Virus record (IMG/VR): IMGVR_UViG_3300032116_000004
Span: 248,001-312,000 of that record
Reading direction: 5' to 3' (one strand)
Length of the DNA: 64,000 nt
Shown here: positions 31,701-40,720 of the stretch, in pieces
Numbering within the stretch: the first letter of the stretch is position 1
Layout of the letters: each line of letters opens with the position of its first letter
The notes under the pieces: generated by a model
Seen by the model: only the letters and a program-made list of their open reading frames with translations
What the model was told of the DNA's origin: nothing
The model's database searches: none
Translations under genes and position numbers: made by a program

Positions 31701-34700
31701 ATCAGGCCAAACGCAAACAGGTCGGCATCACGTTCTAGATTAGCGGAATATTTGTCATAGAAATTGCGGATGTTTTCAGCCTGGGTGGCAGCATTAGGCA
31801 ACAGGCCTTTCTGTATCTGATCATAGTCGCTCTTGAGCCACTTAGCAAAGTCAAAAACAGATTCCGGAGGAATGATCTCTACCGCGGCCCAGTAAGCATC
31901 TTTGTATTTGACGATCTGTCCTTTGCTGTAACTGGTGTTGGGAACCCATGGCAAGATGTTGTCTTGATTGAGTATGAAACCTTGTGCGTCAAGGCTGCCA
32001 TCCCAATCGTAGGTGGTGTAGCCCACAAACAACAGGCGACTCTGGCGAGCTCCGGTGGCAGGATCATAGATCAGATCAGCAAACACAGATTGATTGTCAA
32101 GCACGATCATGTGTTCATAGGCACTGAACTTGGCATTGAGGTAACTGAATGTGTTGTTGTTCACTCCACGCAGTGTGAGATCATTGCCAAAGCGTTCAAC
32201 CACATAGTCCTGCCCTTGCAGGGCCTGCTTGTTCTGATTGAGCAGGATGTCTTCGGGCGCCGTGACACTGAGTGGTTCAGCCACTAGATCAGGTTTGAAT
32301 ACATTGAGTTTGTTGGCCACGGGGTTGATATTGATCAACGATCCTGGTGCCCATCCTTGCTGGCTCCAGTAGATGAACTCTTGTGCCATCTGTGTCCAAT
32401 TCAGTATACGGCTGCCGGCTTGATCTTCAAAGGTCATGCCTTGTGCTTCCATGAAACGACCATAACTCAACAAGAAGTCAACCACAGATGATATACCTGT
32501 AAACTCATATCCATAAGGAACTTGCACCACGGTGTTGCTGTAATCCTGTGGTGCGCGAACTACTGTGTCGGCCGCTGTGATAATACGGAAATTGCCATTG
32601 GGGATGGATGCAAATATTTCAAAGTATGGACGTGTGGTCGAATAGCCATACACAGCGTAACCAGTCTGTGTTTTTTGGATGATCACAGAACTCCAGGTCA
32701 ACTGTGCCGATGTAGGATTGCGATACAGCAACAGTTGATAACTTTCATCCGGCAACAAAAGACTGGTATTGAGACTGTTGGGGCTTGACTTCTCTGTGAA
32801 TATCTTGATGTATTGTTTGTCACTGAAAGCAGCCATTCTATAACACAATCTCACGTCTAGATTTTCTAGTTTGATTTCAAGATCTCTAGTAGAATCCAAC
32901 CCTGTCTGTCGATTGTAGTCAACGATCCAGTTGATGTAACTGTTCTTGATGGTGCCATTGCCGTAGATTTCCAACTGGCTGGGCTGTATGCGGAATCTAT
33001 TGTCGTAAAGATACTGTCCAAATTGTTCATTGTAACGATAGAGATCTCTATCGGCAAACAGGGCAAAATATTCTGCCGGCCTTGTCAACGCCAACAAGCG
33101 TTGCACAGCAAAAGGCCATGATGATGACTTGCGCCATGATGCTTCTACCGGTCCATCGTCGCCCACTGTCCAACTCTTGCGGAAGCTTCCGGTGTCGTAT
33201 TCGCCAACCATGACATCAAAAGGTGACAGCAACTGACCCTCTGATCCGGCTGGAACCACGCCGGTCAGTCCAGGACGTTTGTATTTTTCAATCACGTATG
33301 GACCCATGGGATCCAGGACTAGACCATTCTCGAGATCTTCCCACAGAACCAAGTTACCAGATGTATATGGTGCAGGACCATATTCTAATTCCCACCATGT
33401 GGGTTTCTCTGAGAAACCCAACATCTCCCAAGGTCTGGTATTGGGTGCGTCGGTGTCATAGAAATATTCGTAGATACCGCGCCAATTGCCCAACAGCAAT
33501 TGACGGTTGAGTTTGTTTTGGCTTGCGCTGTAATTCCAAGTAAATTGGTTGTCAGGAATGTAATCTTGTTCTCTATAGGCCAACTTATTAGCACCCACCC
33601 AGGCCAAAAAGCTCACACCCAGGATCTGATTGACCTCAGCGAGACTGTAATCTGTAGTGCGGAACTGTCCTGGAACCACATCCGTATAGGTCAGTGGTAT
33701 AGGATTATCATTGGGGCCATGAGTAGGGCATTTGAGATTGTTAAAAATGCGTTTTTCAAATTCTAGCAAAACTTGATCACGTATGTCTTCATAGGCCACA
33801 GTGATAGATCCATCGTGCCCGCGGATGACCAGTGTGGGTTCTACATAAGCATCATCGAGATAAATTTCAGGCATGAATGAAGCATATAATCCCAACTTGG
33901 TTGGTGTTGACGGAACAAAATTACCATAAGTGGTAGTGTATTCTCGAATGGTGATGGTATCACCAATGGTCAATGGCACCAAGATAGTCACACGAGGACC
34001 GTCGACGGCCACAGTGTAGTCAATATCGCCGCCCAACAATAATGTATCATTGAGATATATCAAGATAGCACGATAATTGGCCGAGTCAAAATCATAACTG
34101 TAGAGAGTATCAAAGGTATCGTCAGTGATAGGTGTGACCGTATACACTGTTTGTTCGTAGGTCTCACCTGTGGGCAGACTGTCAGTCCAGTAAAACGGTG
34201 TGAGTTCATTCTTGCCAAGATTGATCAACTCCACGCATTCGTCCAGTATCTGCGCTGTGGTCATGTTTTGCCAGTCGTAGCGGACCACAGTATCCATCAA
34301 GACATTTTTGAATTTTTCATACTGCTGGGCGCTGAATTCCAATGATTTAAAGAAATCAAATCCGGGATCATTGATAAACGTCGAAGCCAGAGTCAGCGGA
34401 GAACCTTGTTGCAGTATGATCTGGCCGTAAGGGATAAGATTGCCTAGGTCTCTAGTGTTGTTTGGACCGGCTATGTCTCCGGTAAAAGGAATGAGATTCT
34501 GGCAGATGCTACCATAATGATTGCGCACAGTGCCCAGAGTCACTTGAGGAACATCAGCATTGATCGCATTGTTTTCTAGGTTTACCGGCACGGTGTAAAA
34601 GCCCACAGGACTGGCAACCTGGCTGATCACGCTGACTTCCACGATGTCGCCCATGGCCGGAGGAGTGATGAAAGTGATCACAGTGGAACGGTTGGCCTGC

Positions 34701-37264
34701 ACAGCATAGGTGTAGGCATCAGTATCTACGAAAATAGAATTTGCAAAAACCTTGACCGGAATGGCTTGGCTGGCAGTATCTACCGGAACATCTACCACTA
34801 GGTCTTCGCCTTGATAGGTAAATCTAAAAGTCTGGCGGCTCACTGTATCTGTATAGGCAGTCTGCCATCCCAGAAGTTGGCGGAAAGTGTCTCGAGTGAT
34901 GTATTGTCGCACCACACCGCTGTTGATAGGTGTGGTCACACTCACTGTGTCTTGCACATAAACGAATTCATCCACAGTGAGATTGTTATCAAACACAATG
35001 TCGCCCACGTTGTTGATGGAGAGATACTTGAGTGGTTGACCAATTATGCTGTCTGTGACACCTTCGCCCACGGCATAACTAAACAATTTGGAACCCGAAA
35101 AGTTAGAACTGGGGTATGCCACTTGGTCTGCGAAACTCACTCCATTTTCGTCGAACACATCAAAGAATGGTGCTTGGTTCACACCAGTTTTTTGTTGTGC
35201 TGGCATCCAGGTGTCGCCGTTGAAATAGAAAGATCGACCTTGCTGGGTGATGCCACTCAGGCACACGGTATTTTGATTGATCAGTGCATCAGGAGTGTTG
35301 AGATCGGCTGGTTGCAGATCGATGATGGGTGTGCCTGTGCCTGTGGGTTGGATCAGTTGCACTGAGTAGATTTTGTTGCGCACTTCTGGATCACGGTCAG
35401 CGGCAAAAATAACTCGAGATCCACTCTGGAATGCGTAGCCATCCACACTGTAGCCCACTGAGCCGTTGATGTTGCTCATGGCATCTGTTTCGCGGAAATC
35501 TATGATGTTGATAGGATCCACTGCTTGAGTGCCCATTTCAAACAGTTTTATGTCTGCTCGGAATTCAATGATAGGTCGCTTGGCACGTTGTATGTTGTCG
35601 ACCACGGCCACTTGATTGTTGTATTCAGCCGTGGCGTTGATGATGTCCACGTGGAACCAACGATTTGAACGGCTCCATGCATTGTAATCAAAACTGGCGC
35701 GATTGATGGTGATGTAATCTTGATCCACTGGTGCGTTGAGACTCTCATCAAATGGAGTAGAATCGTAGGGCACCGAATCATAGGGCACAGTGCTGGATCT
35801 GGTATAGGTTTCTGGAGTGACGAATTTTGTTACCGGCAACAGATCGATGGCTGTGCCCACACCTTCAACGTAGTATTCTTTGCCGGCGTATGAGGCCGGA
35901 TTAGTGGTCCCTTGGAACTGTATTTTTAATCCGTTAGACAACACCACACCATTGGGACTGGTATAATTTTTCTTGCCAATGATGTCAGCGATATCTATGG
36001 TCTGATCTCCAGAACTGTCAACCAGTTTGATCACGCCAAACAATTCTGGATTGTCGGCGTCTTGATAGTAGAGGAAATCAAGATCCGCAGTGATAAGCGG
36101 AATGCGTTCAAATGCAGTGCCTCCAGAGTTTTTATAAAAACTGATGTTGGAATATTCAGCACCATACAATACCAGCAGTTTACTGAGAGGATTTACCGGC
36201 CTATCCACAGTGAGTTTGATATAGGGATTTAGTGCATCATCGTAGATCAAATTGATGCGCCATACGCTGTAACGTTGGCTGTCTAAACCTATCTCTACTG
36301 TTTCATCAAAAGGTGTGGAATCATAGGGTTGACCTGCACTGTCATACAAGCCAGTGAAGAACCATCCACCGTTGGTCAAGAAAATGATGGTGCGATTGTT
36401 GATGTCAGTGATACCATCAATTCCGCCATACTTCTCTACGAATTCGCTGAAGTAGACATTGTTGATGTCGTCAAACTGTATGGATGTGGCGAAATCTACT
36501 GATCCCGCATCGGCCAGTTGATAGTAGAAATTCTGTGCTGATTTGGCAGGCACGTTGAACGTGATAGTTCCATTGTCATCACCATTGTTCTCTACTCCCA
36601 ATACCTCGCGACTGCTTTGGTTGGGAGTCTGTGGCAACACACCCGATGTGCCTGGCACACTCTGTATCCAGAATCGATGGCCGGTCTGTTGCACATCGAA
36701 GGTATAAGAACCTTGGCGCACCAGAATGATTGTGGGATTCTGTCCTGCTACACCGCTGAAGGTGTAAGCGGATGTGCCGCGCTTGACCTGGAAGTCGTCG
36801 GTGAGTGGTACGGGAGTGGCAAAGATATCAACTGAATCTGGGCCTTCGGGCAGCCAATAATACTGGCTGAAGTTTACAAATTTGTCAAAGTCTACGAAAG
36901 GATCCCAGCTATAGTATTGGCTGGTAAACAGCCGATCCTGGCGTGTGGTGTTGCCACCCTTGACAGCAATAGAATCGATCAGTCCTGGGTATGTCAATGC
37001 ACCGGTAACGGTATTGGTGTTAGGTTCAAGGAACACAGTGCCCGGCTCAAGTTGATAATCTGTTCTAGTGCGAGTAGGCTCTAACACATAATTGTCTTCA
37101 GGATTTACTCCCGGACCAAGACGACGACCAATATAACCCTGGGTGGGCTTGAGTTTGGGATCCTGCACCAATTGATCCAATGTGGCATGCAAGAACTGCC
37201 GATTGGTATTGGTCCTGAATATCTCAGGCAGGAAATCTACTGTGCGTATTCTAGTAGTCGCCAT
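22757..37264 (-). CDS. Giant baseplate/virion protein (4835 aa; gp7-like position) with seven FG-GAP-like repeats and many beta-sandwich repeats
   Basis: 14.5-kb uninterrupted ORF immediately downstream of the gp6-like gene; repeats of type FGxSV...lvVGAP. Confidence 0.8.
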   Translation of the reverse strand: MATTRIRTVDFLPEIFRTNTNRQFLHATLDQLVQDPKLKPTQGYIGRRLGPGVNPEDNYVLEPTRTRTDYQLEPGTVFLEPNTNTVTGALTYPGLIDSIAVKGGNTTRQDRLFTSQYYSWDPFVDFDKFVNFSQYYWLPEGPDSVDIFATPVPLTDDFQVKRGTSAYTFSGVAGQNPTIILVRQGSYTFDVQQTGHRFWIQSVPGTSGVLPQTPNQSSREVLGVENNGDDNGTITFNVPAKSAQNFYYQLADAGSVDFATSIQFDDINNVYFSEFVEKYGGIDGITDINNRTIIFLTNGGWFFTGLYDSAGQPYDSTPFDETVEIGLDSQRYSVWRINLIYDDALNPYIKLTVDRPVNPLSKLLVLYGAEYSNISFYKNSGGTAFERIPLITADLDFLYYQDADNPELFGVIKLVDSSGDQTIDIADIIGKKNYTSPNGVVLSNGLKIQFQGTTNPASYAGKEYYVEGVGTAIDLLPVTKFVTPETYTRSSTVPYDSVPYDSTPFDESLNAPVDQDYITINRASFDYNAWSRSNRWFHVDIINATAEYNNQVAVVDNIQRAKRPIIEFRADIKLFEMGTQAVDPINIIDFRETDAMSNINGSVGYSVDGYAFQSGSRVIFAADRDPEVRNKIYSVQLIQPTGTGTPIIDLQPADLNTPDALINQNTVCLSGITQQGRSFYFNGDTWMPAQQKTGVNQAPFFDVFDENGVSFADQVAYPSSNFSGSKLFSYAVGEGVTDSIIGQPLKYLSINNVGDIVFDNNLTVDEFVYVQDTVSVTTPINSGVVRQYITRDTFRQLLGWQTAYTDTVSRQTFRFTYQGEDLVVDVPVDTASQAIPVKVFANSIFVDTDAYTYAVQANRSTVITFITPPAMGDIVEVSVISQVASPVGFYTVPVNLENNAINADVPQVTLGTVRNHYGSICQNLIPFTGDIAGPNNTRDLGNLIPYGQIILQQGSPLTLASTFINDPGFDFFKSLEFSAQQYEKFKNVLMDTVVRYDWQNMTTAQILDECVELINLGKNELTPFYWTDSLPTGETYEQTVYTVTPITDDTFDTLYSYDFDSANYRAILIYLNDTLLLGGDIDYTVAVDGPRVTILVPLTIGDTITIREYTTTYGNFVPSTPTKLGLYASFMPEIYLDDAYVEPTLVIRGHDGSITVAYEDIRDQVLLEFEKRIFNNLKCPTHGPNDNPIPLTYTDVVPGQFRTTDYSLAEVNQILGVSFLAWVGANKLAYREQDYIPDNQFTWNYSASQNKLNRQLLLGNWRGIYEYFYDTDAPNTRPWEMLGFSEKPTWWELEYGPAPYTSGNLVLWEDLENGLVLDPMGPYVIEKYKRPGLTGVVPAGSEGQLLSPFDVMVGEYDTGSFRKSWTVGDDGPVEASWRKSSSWPFAVQRLLALTRPAEYFALFADRDLYRYNEQFGQYLYDNRFRIQPSQLEIYGNGTIKNSYINWIVDYNRQTGLDSTRDLEIKLENLDVRLCYRMAAFSDKQYIKIFTEKSSPNSLNTSLLLPDESYQLLLYRNPTSAQLTWSSVIIQKTQTGYAVYGYSTTRPYFEIFASIPNGNFRIITAADTVVRAPQDYSNTVVQVPYGYEFTGISSVVDFLLSYGRFMEAQGMTFEDQAGSRILNWTQMAQEFIYWSQQGWAPGSLININPVANKLNVFKPDLVAEPLSVTAPEDILLNQNKQALQGQDYVVERFGNDLTLRGVNNNTFSYLNAKFSAYEHMIVLDNQSVFADLIYDPATGARQSRLLFVGYTTYDWDGSLDAQGFILNQDNILPWVPNTSYSKGQIVKYKDAYWAAVEIIPPESVFDFAKWLKSDYDQIQKGLLPNAATQAENIRNFYDKYSANLERDADLFAFGLIGFRPRRYMQNLNLDDISQVNLYSQFLGTKGTTQATDIFGKANLGKEVAEYEIFENWAILRSIYGANANRSYYELRLNEALLLGNPSTIQIIEPQQFSDADQTVQVDKLWKESYKITDPEILPVITLNQPDLQLPNAGYVNWDDADVKVFSFEDLTPIIADIDNILVGTSFWVAKDNAYDWNIYRSNLVSYPVTQVRDNLNGTCTLTFAGPHDLEVNQQIVIKYFGSVVDGAYRVLSIPSLFTVTVILAIPAPATQITGNGVCFVLESMRVRQAADVSALSYANRLLPGNQAWVDDDGTGHWVVLEKIDPFGSPAELVPQEPETNGRFGTAISQGFNNLACLVGAPGANSGAGALYGFSKASTATYVETQQLTMNANNLQGYGASVATGNLQWAVAGAPDSWAKQGYSVAITRNQNTGSFLQSQLITEVPYRLYQTTASASQTTFNPSGSITITDPADVGVVVDDTVLIRGVDWTYSAPNVVLTTPLAGGETVNIFLFDEYGYSVAISTDERWMYVGAPSGDRVYAYNRVNIQFQAKSFTGDGSTTEFYVGDVIVVDDDSADGGIGATQIGVVVNNIPKTAGVEYNYSNGTVVFDAPPNDGDVVRCTRLQSKTFITTSPQATFDISELYTVSNLSSFSVYVNDVLQRPNMDYSFDESTKVVTFLLTPPTGTILFTSGTYWEYIDFIETPGLSGGRFGHSVTTTTDGAQVVVGAPDDTADAKLLAGKTYVIDRSIESFTVTTAGEDTFTTLRPVIQNATTIEIGKVYRILTVGTTNYVAIGADTNTVGEIFRATGTGSGTGTVRAYTPFTVKVNATYLVPDANGNNNGEFSVDYLTNEVTITAPLNVGDVVEISTNTFKLMQAVQSNAPVAAAAFGRVVDQCPTNCSLYIGQPNDSTVLPEAGSVERFVNQNRLYGSIQGITQDPTLTPGDTIRINNVDVAVSTPASWNSAIGWAANTFVISGSDIYRSIRTVPVGAALTDTTYWQASDWAALYAADIVTANLPNVNAFTTDGYLNITIANHDAAVPFTQLLVMPGLGTAYYDLGLEPMVYTQTIEAPLPIAYAHFGASLNISDEATTLIVGSPQGTAAKPTTFDEGTTFFDSKSTEFFDPLPESGVVYTFDLLSAANGSVTNPSKFVFGQQIYDEDLGSLDEFGTAVSYQGGVLLVGSPQDDLDDSVGDFGRVAQLNNIDRLPAWNVVYRQTPIVDVNLMNSVFMYDRLESKITQYFDFIDPLQGKILGAARQNIDYLGALDPAAYNTGLVNNYGDTWTDNHLGEIWWDLSTVRFIDYHQDSIAYRSRRWSQLFPGSTVDVYQWIESPTPPAAYQGPGEVYSTTSYTVTSKLNPDGLFAARYFFWVKGIREVATQVKKTLSVQAVAQYIENPRSSGIPYVAFISPSTTAIYNGRSFISAQDTILHVEFDRIANDDNVHVEYDLIATDNPNSFLSGGLYRKLLDSFCGEDTIGNKVPDPTLSPAELYGVQFRPRQSFFVDRFLALENYLQRANAILAQFPISDSRPFTLLNSEEPEPTSASGEWNKRVLTYAELTYQNLDEVAPGYKYLVASDSTQNGLWTIYTVVLGSALIGSPKELLLSRVQNYDTKKFWEYIDWVKPGYNTSQRPAAEVATFSDLARLTLPEGSSVKVTRNSFGKFEIYQLLDGTWNRVVLEDGTIAVKAEIWDYALGRFGFDIETFDSQYFDTFPGTETRQIIRAINEELLTGELLIFRNNLLMLMFDFILQEQVAPEWLFKTSLIDVNHKIRDLLPYQIFRQDNQDFVLEYIKEVKPYHVKIKEFNLKYEGIDTYQGSVTDFDCPAYFDTTYNQFVSPILDDGEPPLDPVSSTPSTAPIWQTLPWNQWYQHYTLELQAVDVIEPGAGYTIAPQVVIGAEWQTNTVYTAGQQIFYRSNLYTVQIDGTSGTLAPTFTEGTETNGTLTLAWSGAPGLAVARVNTGGQLVQVIVVDPGTGYTITPAITITGGNGSGARVVAVMGNELVRNFTTTIKFDRYEYTSQVLDWEPNTKYAEGQLVRFQDQVYSVNEVDDSSELDSGSIFDPEDYTLVDPATLAAADRVIGLYAPTPNEPGRELAQVIVGIDYPGVQVKGPGFDQNTGFDVGNFDINPFDNIDYGPEGRPTYDPAILDAIYESSFLDTYLGERTTDINVAGGAFIDTYSSHAPEELVPGATFDTLDMRVYTRPGSDWTGDGHGFNIKTVNLAWTPSNASVSFADAMAHAVAVRVVNITNRVSLIPQEQYTVNWPSQVVTVTAGAAAGDIVSIEIYGIGGGSQLYKESYPGNLVGNSLLLPVAYNEIYELNIVVNGAIITNYNYASSSGGQTTTVTFADTYGINDWVVVTVMGITTPQKTWSFPLTQYFIYDGSTDTYILDNSLQGTNDINLIVERDGNRLRPAESVEYFGDGSSAGPFYLPTRGQVNQGLISDNDVEVYVDQERLFLAVDYTVSPWDGSSDRYVQFNTAPAPGTTIVIALTTDADYIVNNDQLILRVGASVGAVIGITTWNDTQEQGLLTQVFVGPTQTGTTIGEPYDSTNFDAGDVTGLPGSYDYSAGAVIETNNFDTGRPILDTERLWVTLNGWRLLAGNGFTVSGSVVTISGSIIGPGDVVAITSFTQTVVPEAIAFRIFQDMLGIQKIYRILPDTSTVLTQALSATDDIIYVRDAKNLDEPNLPNNIFGQITVNGERITYRERDDWANTVSGLRRGTAGTGADSHAIDAPVLSIGRGELLPNVYQQNTLEQTFLADGSTTTYNAEFGYVNEIDVYLGGSIQCYLGPTIGTLVEIPQDDFTIISVNPITVQLNFVPDAGLQFRVTYTPISGPVSTLTVPTTGSTSRWAAAFSATDLVLQPETVYDVTDLNPITVQFDTVIPAERVVVINDLNSNTFFITQADVATDTFVTDISVTRPIQVSVGGTIVDASEYSVSSVDPITITFATAPQSGVEVVIFIVQAKVLYAQGINTASNGIPLQEQNTEAAWFIEGRV

Positions 37265-37266
37265 GT

Positions 37267-40200
37267 TTATACCACGCCACTGTTAGGAGCAGTTCTCAAT
37301 TCGCTGGATGTCAACGCATCAATGACCTCAATGTCATTGACCGTGGCAGCATTCACAAATATCTCATTGGCTGCACAGCGTATTTCAAATAGATCGCCAA
37401 AACTCTTGAGAGGATCTTGTGGCACCAACACCACGGTAGAAATGATATCTCCTAGTTCTTTGTGTAGATAGGCTGCCAACTCTGAGAAGAAAAAGGTCAA
37501 GCCAAAATCCCATTTGTCTATGGTAAAGTATTCATTGAGAGCGGCCACCACACGACTCTTTATCTCACTCACCGACACCACTGAGTTGTTGGCGCGGATC
37601 ACTTTCAGCGTGGCTCGCAGTTCAGGGTCACTCTTTAGACCAAACAAAGGTTTGAATACCACAGAGTTAAGGATCACGTTGTCAGAAATCATTTTGTATC
37701 TTTGCAAACTGTTGTATGCTGTGGACAGTTCGTCGATGGTAGGAGGGCTGGGCTCGGGTATAGTTCCAGTGGAGTCTTTGATATAATTTTGATAGGCATT
37801 GTAGTAGGCCGTGGTTACCACATAGATGTCGATGATGTTGCTTGATCCAGGGTCGATGCGACGGCTCAATGGTGCATTGTGTCTGTATTGGAAATACAAC
37901 CCCTGGCGGCCGACCCTGGCTATCAATGAATCAATTTGGGTCAGAGTGCGCACGCCGTTGAAGGCCACGTTTAATTCGTAGAACAAGCCCGCAGTGTAAG
38001 CGTAGAAGAATTGTCCGTCACCATATTCGGCTTTGGCCAACTCAATCTGATCCAAGGTGCCATACTCGCTGACCACTGCTCCAGCTGCCAACGGTAAAAA
38101 TCTCTCAAGATTGTCAAAGTCCACAGTGCGCTGGAAGAACACATATTTCTGTGTGGGGTTCACATCTGGTGCGACCAGTGTCTGGAAGTAGTCAGGATCG
38201 TCGGCCACGCCGTCGTTGTCGCTGTCTCGGAAACTGATGCGCACTTCAAAATCGTTGACAAAACCATCGGCCTGCACGGGCTGTCCAATGATGTCCATGA
38301 CAATGTCAGAATTCTGCGGCAGACTCACGTCTGGCAAGTTATTGGTCTTGAGAGAATTGATGAAGTCATTGATCACTGTGCCAGTGCGTGGATCATATAC
38401 TTGCTGTGTGCCGTCGTAGAAGAATCGTGTCTGAAGGATACTGCCCCAGAATCGTTGCAGGCTGCGGCTGGTCACTGTGTATGTGACGCCGTCGGTTTCA
38501 AATGCTACCAACCAAGAATTATCAAGATTCTGACCGCTCTGATCTTGTGCATAGGTCAGGCTGAAAGTGGTTGCAGGGTTGAGGTTGTTGGCAGTGATTA
38601 CATACCATTCTTGGGTGAGATTATCAAATCCTAGACCAAAGTTGCGATACAATTCTATCTGCTCAGTCATAGACTGCTCTATGCTGGTAGGCAAGTCTGT
38701 GATAAACGTGGCGATGACCTGCGTAGCAATAGCACCTGTGGGTATAAAATCGTTCAGCACCACCGGTCCTTCACCGGATGGCAAATTGCCTGTGCCAAAG
38801 TTTGTGCCGTCCAACAATACTGCACTCACGGTGGCCCAAAGAACCACCTTGTCATTGGGTTGAGATGGCAGTCCTAATTTGAGTCGATTGTTAGGATCAA
38901 AATAGTATCCCGCTGGTGGCACGAATTTGACCAGTGCACCGCGATCGATGTATTTCTTATTGTCGCTGGTGTTTGAACCAATGGGTGCAGGTGCACCGCT
39001 GCCGATGAATTCGAAATAACCTGTTGTTTCGTTGGCCTGGGTGGTGCTTTGTTGCCACTTAAGACCAATAGGAATGAGACTGGGGCGAGGGAAATAATTG
39101 TAATAAAATTCCAGCATGCCTCGGCTGGCCAGCACAGGTTCTACTTCGTTGATTATAACATTGGCAATGTCGTTTTTGTCAATGAATGTAAAAGTGAAAC
39201 TGGGGCTGGCAGAATTTTCATAGATCAGACCGTCGCTGCCAAACACATTGGTCGAAGAGTATTTGCCGGTGATGTCCGTGAGATCCAAATATCTGCTGGT
39301 ACCAATGGAACTGCGATTCACTGCCTTAGATTTGATGATGGTTCCAAACAGCGTGAACGGTAAGTTACTGTAGTCTTCGCCGTTGACCATCCTGTTCTGT
39401 GTGTAGTAACGTGCTGGTGCACGTTCTTTGATAGCGCCAATGGGTTCGCGTGTGGCAGCGTTGCTGACTGGTTGGCTGAGTCCGCAAGTGAACGTGATAG
39501 TTTCCAATCTACCACTGCGGCTGGTGTAGCCGATGGAGATCTGCACAGCCTGCATTTCTTCAGGGTTGATGATGTATTGCAGACCATTGGAAGCACGAAC
39601 ATATGAGCGGAAGGTGCCCACTGGAATCTCAGAAAATACTCCGTCGCCAAAGTTTAGATCGATCTGATCGTTGGTGCGGCTTGACACTGAGAAAAACTTG
39701 CGCACATTTGGTCCCAGTTGTTCCACAGCGGCTGCATAGATACTTTCTACTTTGGTCCATTCCTGTGAGATCTGTCCCACGTCATCCAGTTGATAGAGCC
39801 ACACATCTTCGTTGTTGATACCTTCGATGTTGACACTGACCACACGATTGGAAATACGTTCGCCAAGATTGAAGTCTTGATTCTGCAAACTGCCTTGTTT
39901 GAAATAAAAGAAAAATCCTGTGTTAGGGCTGGCAAAGCCCAAGCGATCGTTGCGGAACAGCACGTTGAATATGCCCGACGGTCTCGGTGCGGGTTCATAC
40001 ACATAGTCTCGGTCCTGGAAGGTAGAACTCACTGCTTCAAATGTCATTGATGTGCCGTCTACTGTGGAAGTGAAAGGGACCACGGGCAAATAGCCGGGCA
40101 CAAGATTGAGACTGTATTCCGATGTTTCCACGCCCAAGATGTTTTTGGTAGCCCCAGGTTTGCCGAAACGCTGGCTGTCAACCAAGGCCGCATTGACGAT

Positions 40201-40674
40201 GACTGTGAACTGTTCCTGCCAAGACACGTTGGTAGGATCGTTCCAGTTGACAGTGACCCCAGACAGATTCACACCATTGTAATCTATGACATTCTCTGTG
40301 GTTGATACGTTGAACACTTTGAGATAGCCTTGCGCTTCTTCATTGCGCTTGGGTGTGTAACTGACCAACTCGGCCAACTTCACCACTGAATCTCTGCGCT
40401 CTGCTGTGTCTATGAAGTTTTCACGGATGTTTAAATCATTACGGAAAGCCAGAGCCTGACCCATGAAAGCCATGACATCCAAGAGAGCCACGAATTCCGA
40501 ACTTTCAATATAGTCGTTGAAATTTTCCGGGTAATAGATACGGATGTAGTCTATGAAACTCTTGCGCAGGGTCTCAAAATCGTAACTTTGGAAATCAGCT
40601 TCACGATAGGTTGTGTAGATGCGTTTCCAATCTTCTACACCAAATATCGCTGTTTGTCTAGTGGTCTTGGCCAT
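37267..40674 (-). CDS. gp6: Baseplate wedge subunit (T4 gp6-like)
   Basis: YDFETLRKSFIDY...DYIESSEF...LLD...RENFIDTAERRDSV, FGDG, IKERAP...QNRMVNGEDY. Confidence 0.85.
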   Translation of the reverse strand: MAKTTRQTAIFGVEDWKRIYTTYREADFQSYDFETLRKSFIDYIRIYYPENFNDYIESSEFVALLDVMAFMGQALAFRNDLNIRENFIDTAERRDSVVKLAELVSYTPKRNEEAQGYLKVFNVSTTENVIDYNGVNLSGVTVNWNDPTNVSWQEQFTVIVNAALVDSQRFGKPGATKNILGVETSEYSLNLVPGYLPVVPFTSTVDGTSMTFEAVSSTFQDRDYVYEPAPRPSGIFNVLFRNDRLGFASPNTGFFFYFKQGSLQNQDFNLGERISNRVVSVNIEGINNEDVWLYQLDDVGQISQEWTKVESIYAAAVEQLGPNVRKFFSVSSRTNDQIDLNFGDGVFSEIPVGTFRSYVRASNGLQYIINPEEMQAVQISIGYTSRSGRLETITFTCGLSQPVSNAATREPIGAIKERAPARYYTQNRMVNGEDYSNLPFTLFGTIIKSKAVNRSSIGTSRYLDLTDITGKYSSTNVFGSDGLIYENSASPSFTFTFIDKNDIANVIINEVEPVLASRGMLEFYYNYFPRPSLIPIGLKWQQSTTQANETTGYFEFIGSGAPAPIGSNTSDNKKYIDRGALVKFVPPAGYYFDPNNRLKLGLPSQPNDKVVLWATVSAVLLDGTNFGTGNLPSGEGPVVLNDFIPTGAIATQVIATFITDLPTSIEQSMTEQIELYRNFGLGFDNLTQEWYVITANNLNPATTFSLTYAQDQSGQNLDNSWLVAFETDGVTYTVTSRSLQRFWGSILQTRFFYDGTQQVYDPRTGTVINDFINSLKTNNLPDVSLPQNSDIVMDIIGQPVQADGFVNDFEVRISFRDSDNDGVADDPDYFQTLVAPDVNPTQKYVFFQRTVDFDNLERFLPLAAGAVVSEYGTLDQIELAKAEYGDGQFFYAYTAGLFYELNVAFNGVRTLTQIDSLIARVGRQGLYFQYRHNAPLSRRIDPGSSNIIDIYVVTTAYYNAYQNYIKDSTGTIPEPSPPTIDELSTAYNSLQRYKMISDNVILNSVVFKPLFGLKSDPELRATLKVIRANNSVVSVSEIKSRVVAALNEYFTIDKWDFGLTFFFSELAAYLHKELGDIISTVVLVPQDPLKSFGDLFEIRCAANEIFVNAATVNDIEVIDALTSSELRTAPNSGVV

Positions 40675-40691
40675 AATACCTTCCGTTTGAG

Positions 40692-40697
40692 TATTTA
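40692..40697 (-). promoter_or_regulatory. Late promoter core TAAATA for gp6
   Basis: TAAATActcaaacggaaggtattATG. Confidence 0.65.
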
Positions 40698-40720
40698 TGG
40701 TTTAGAAAAACTGGGTAGTT

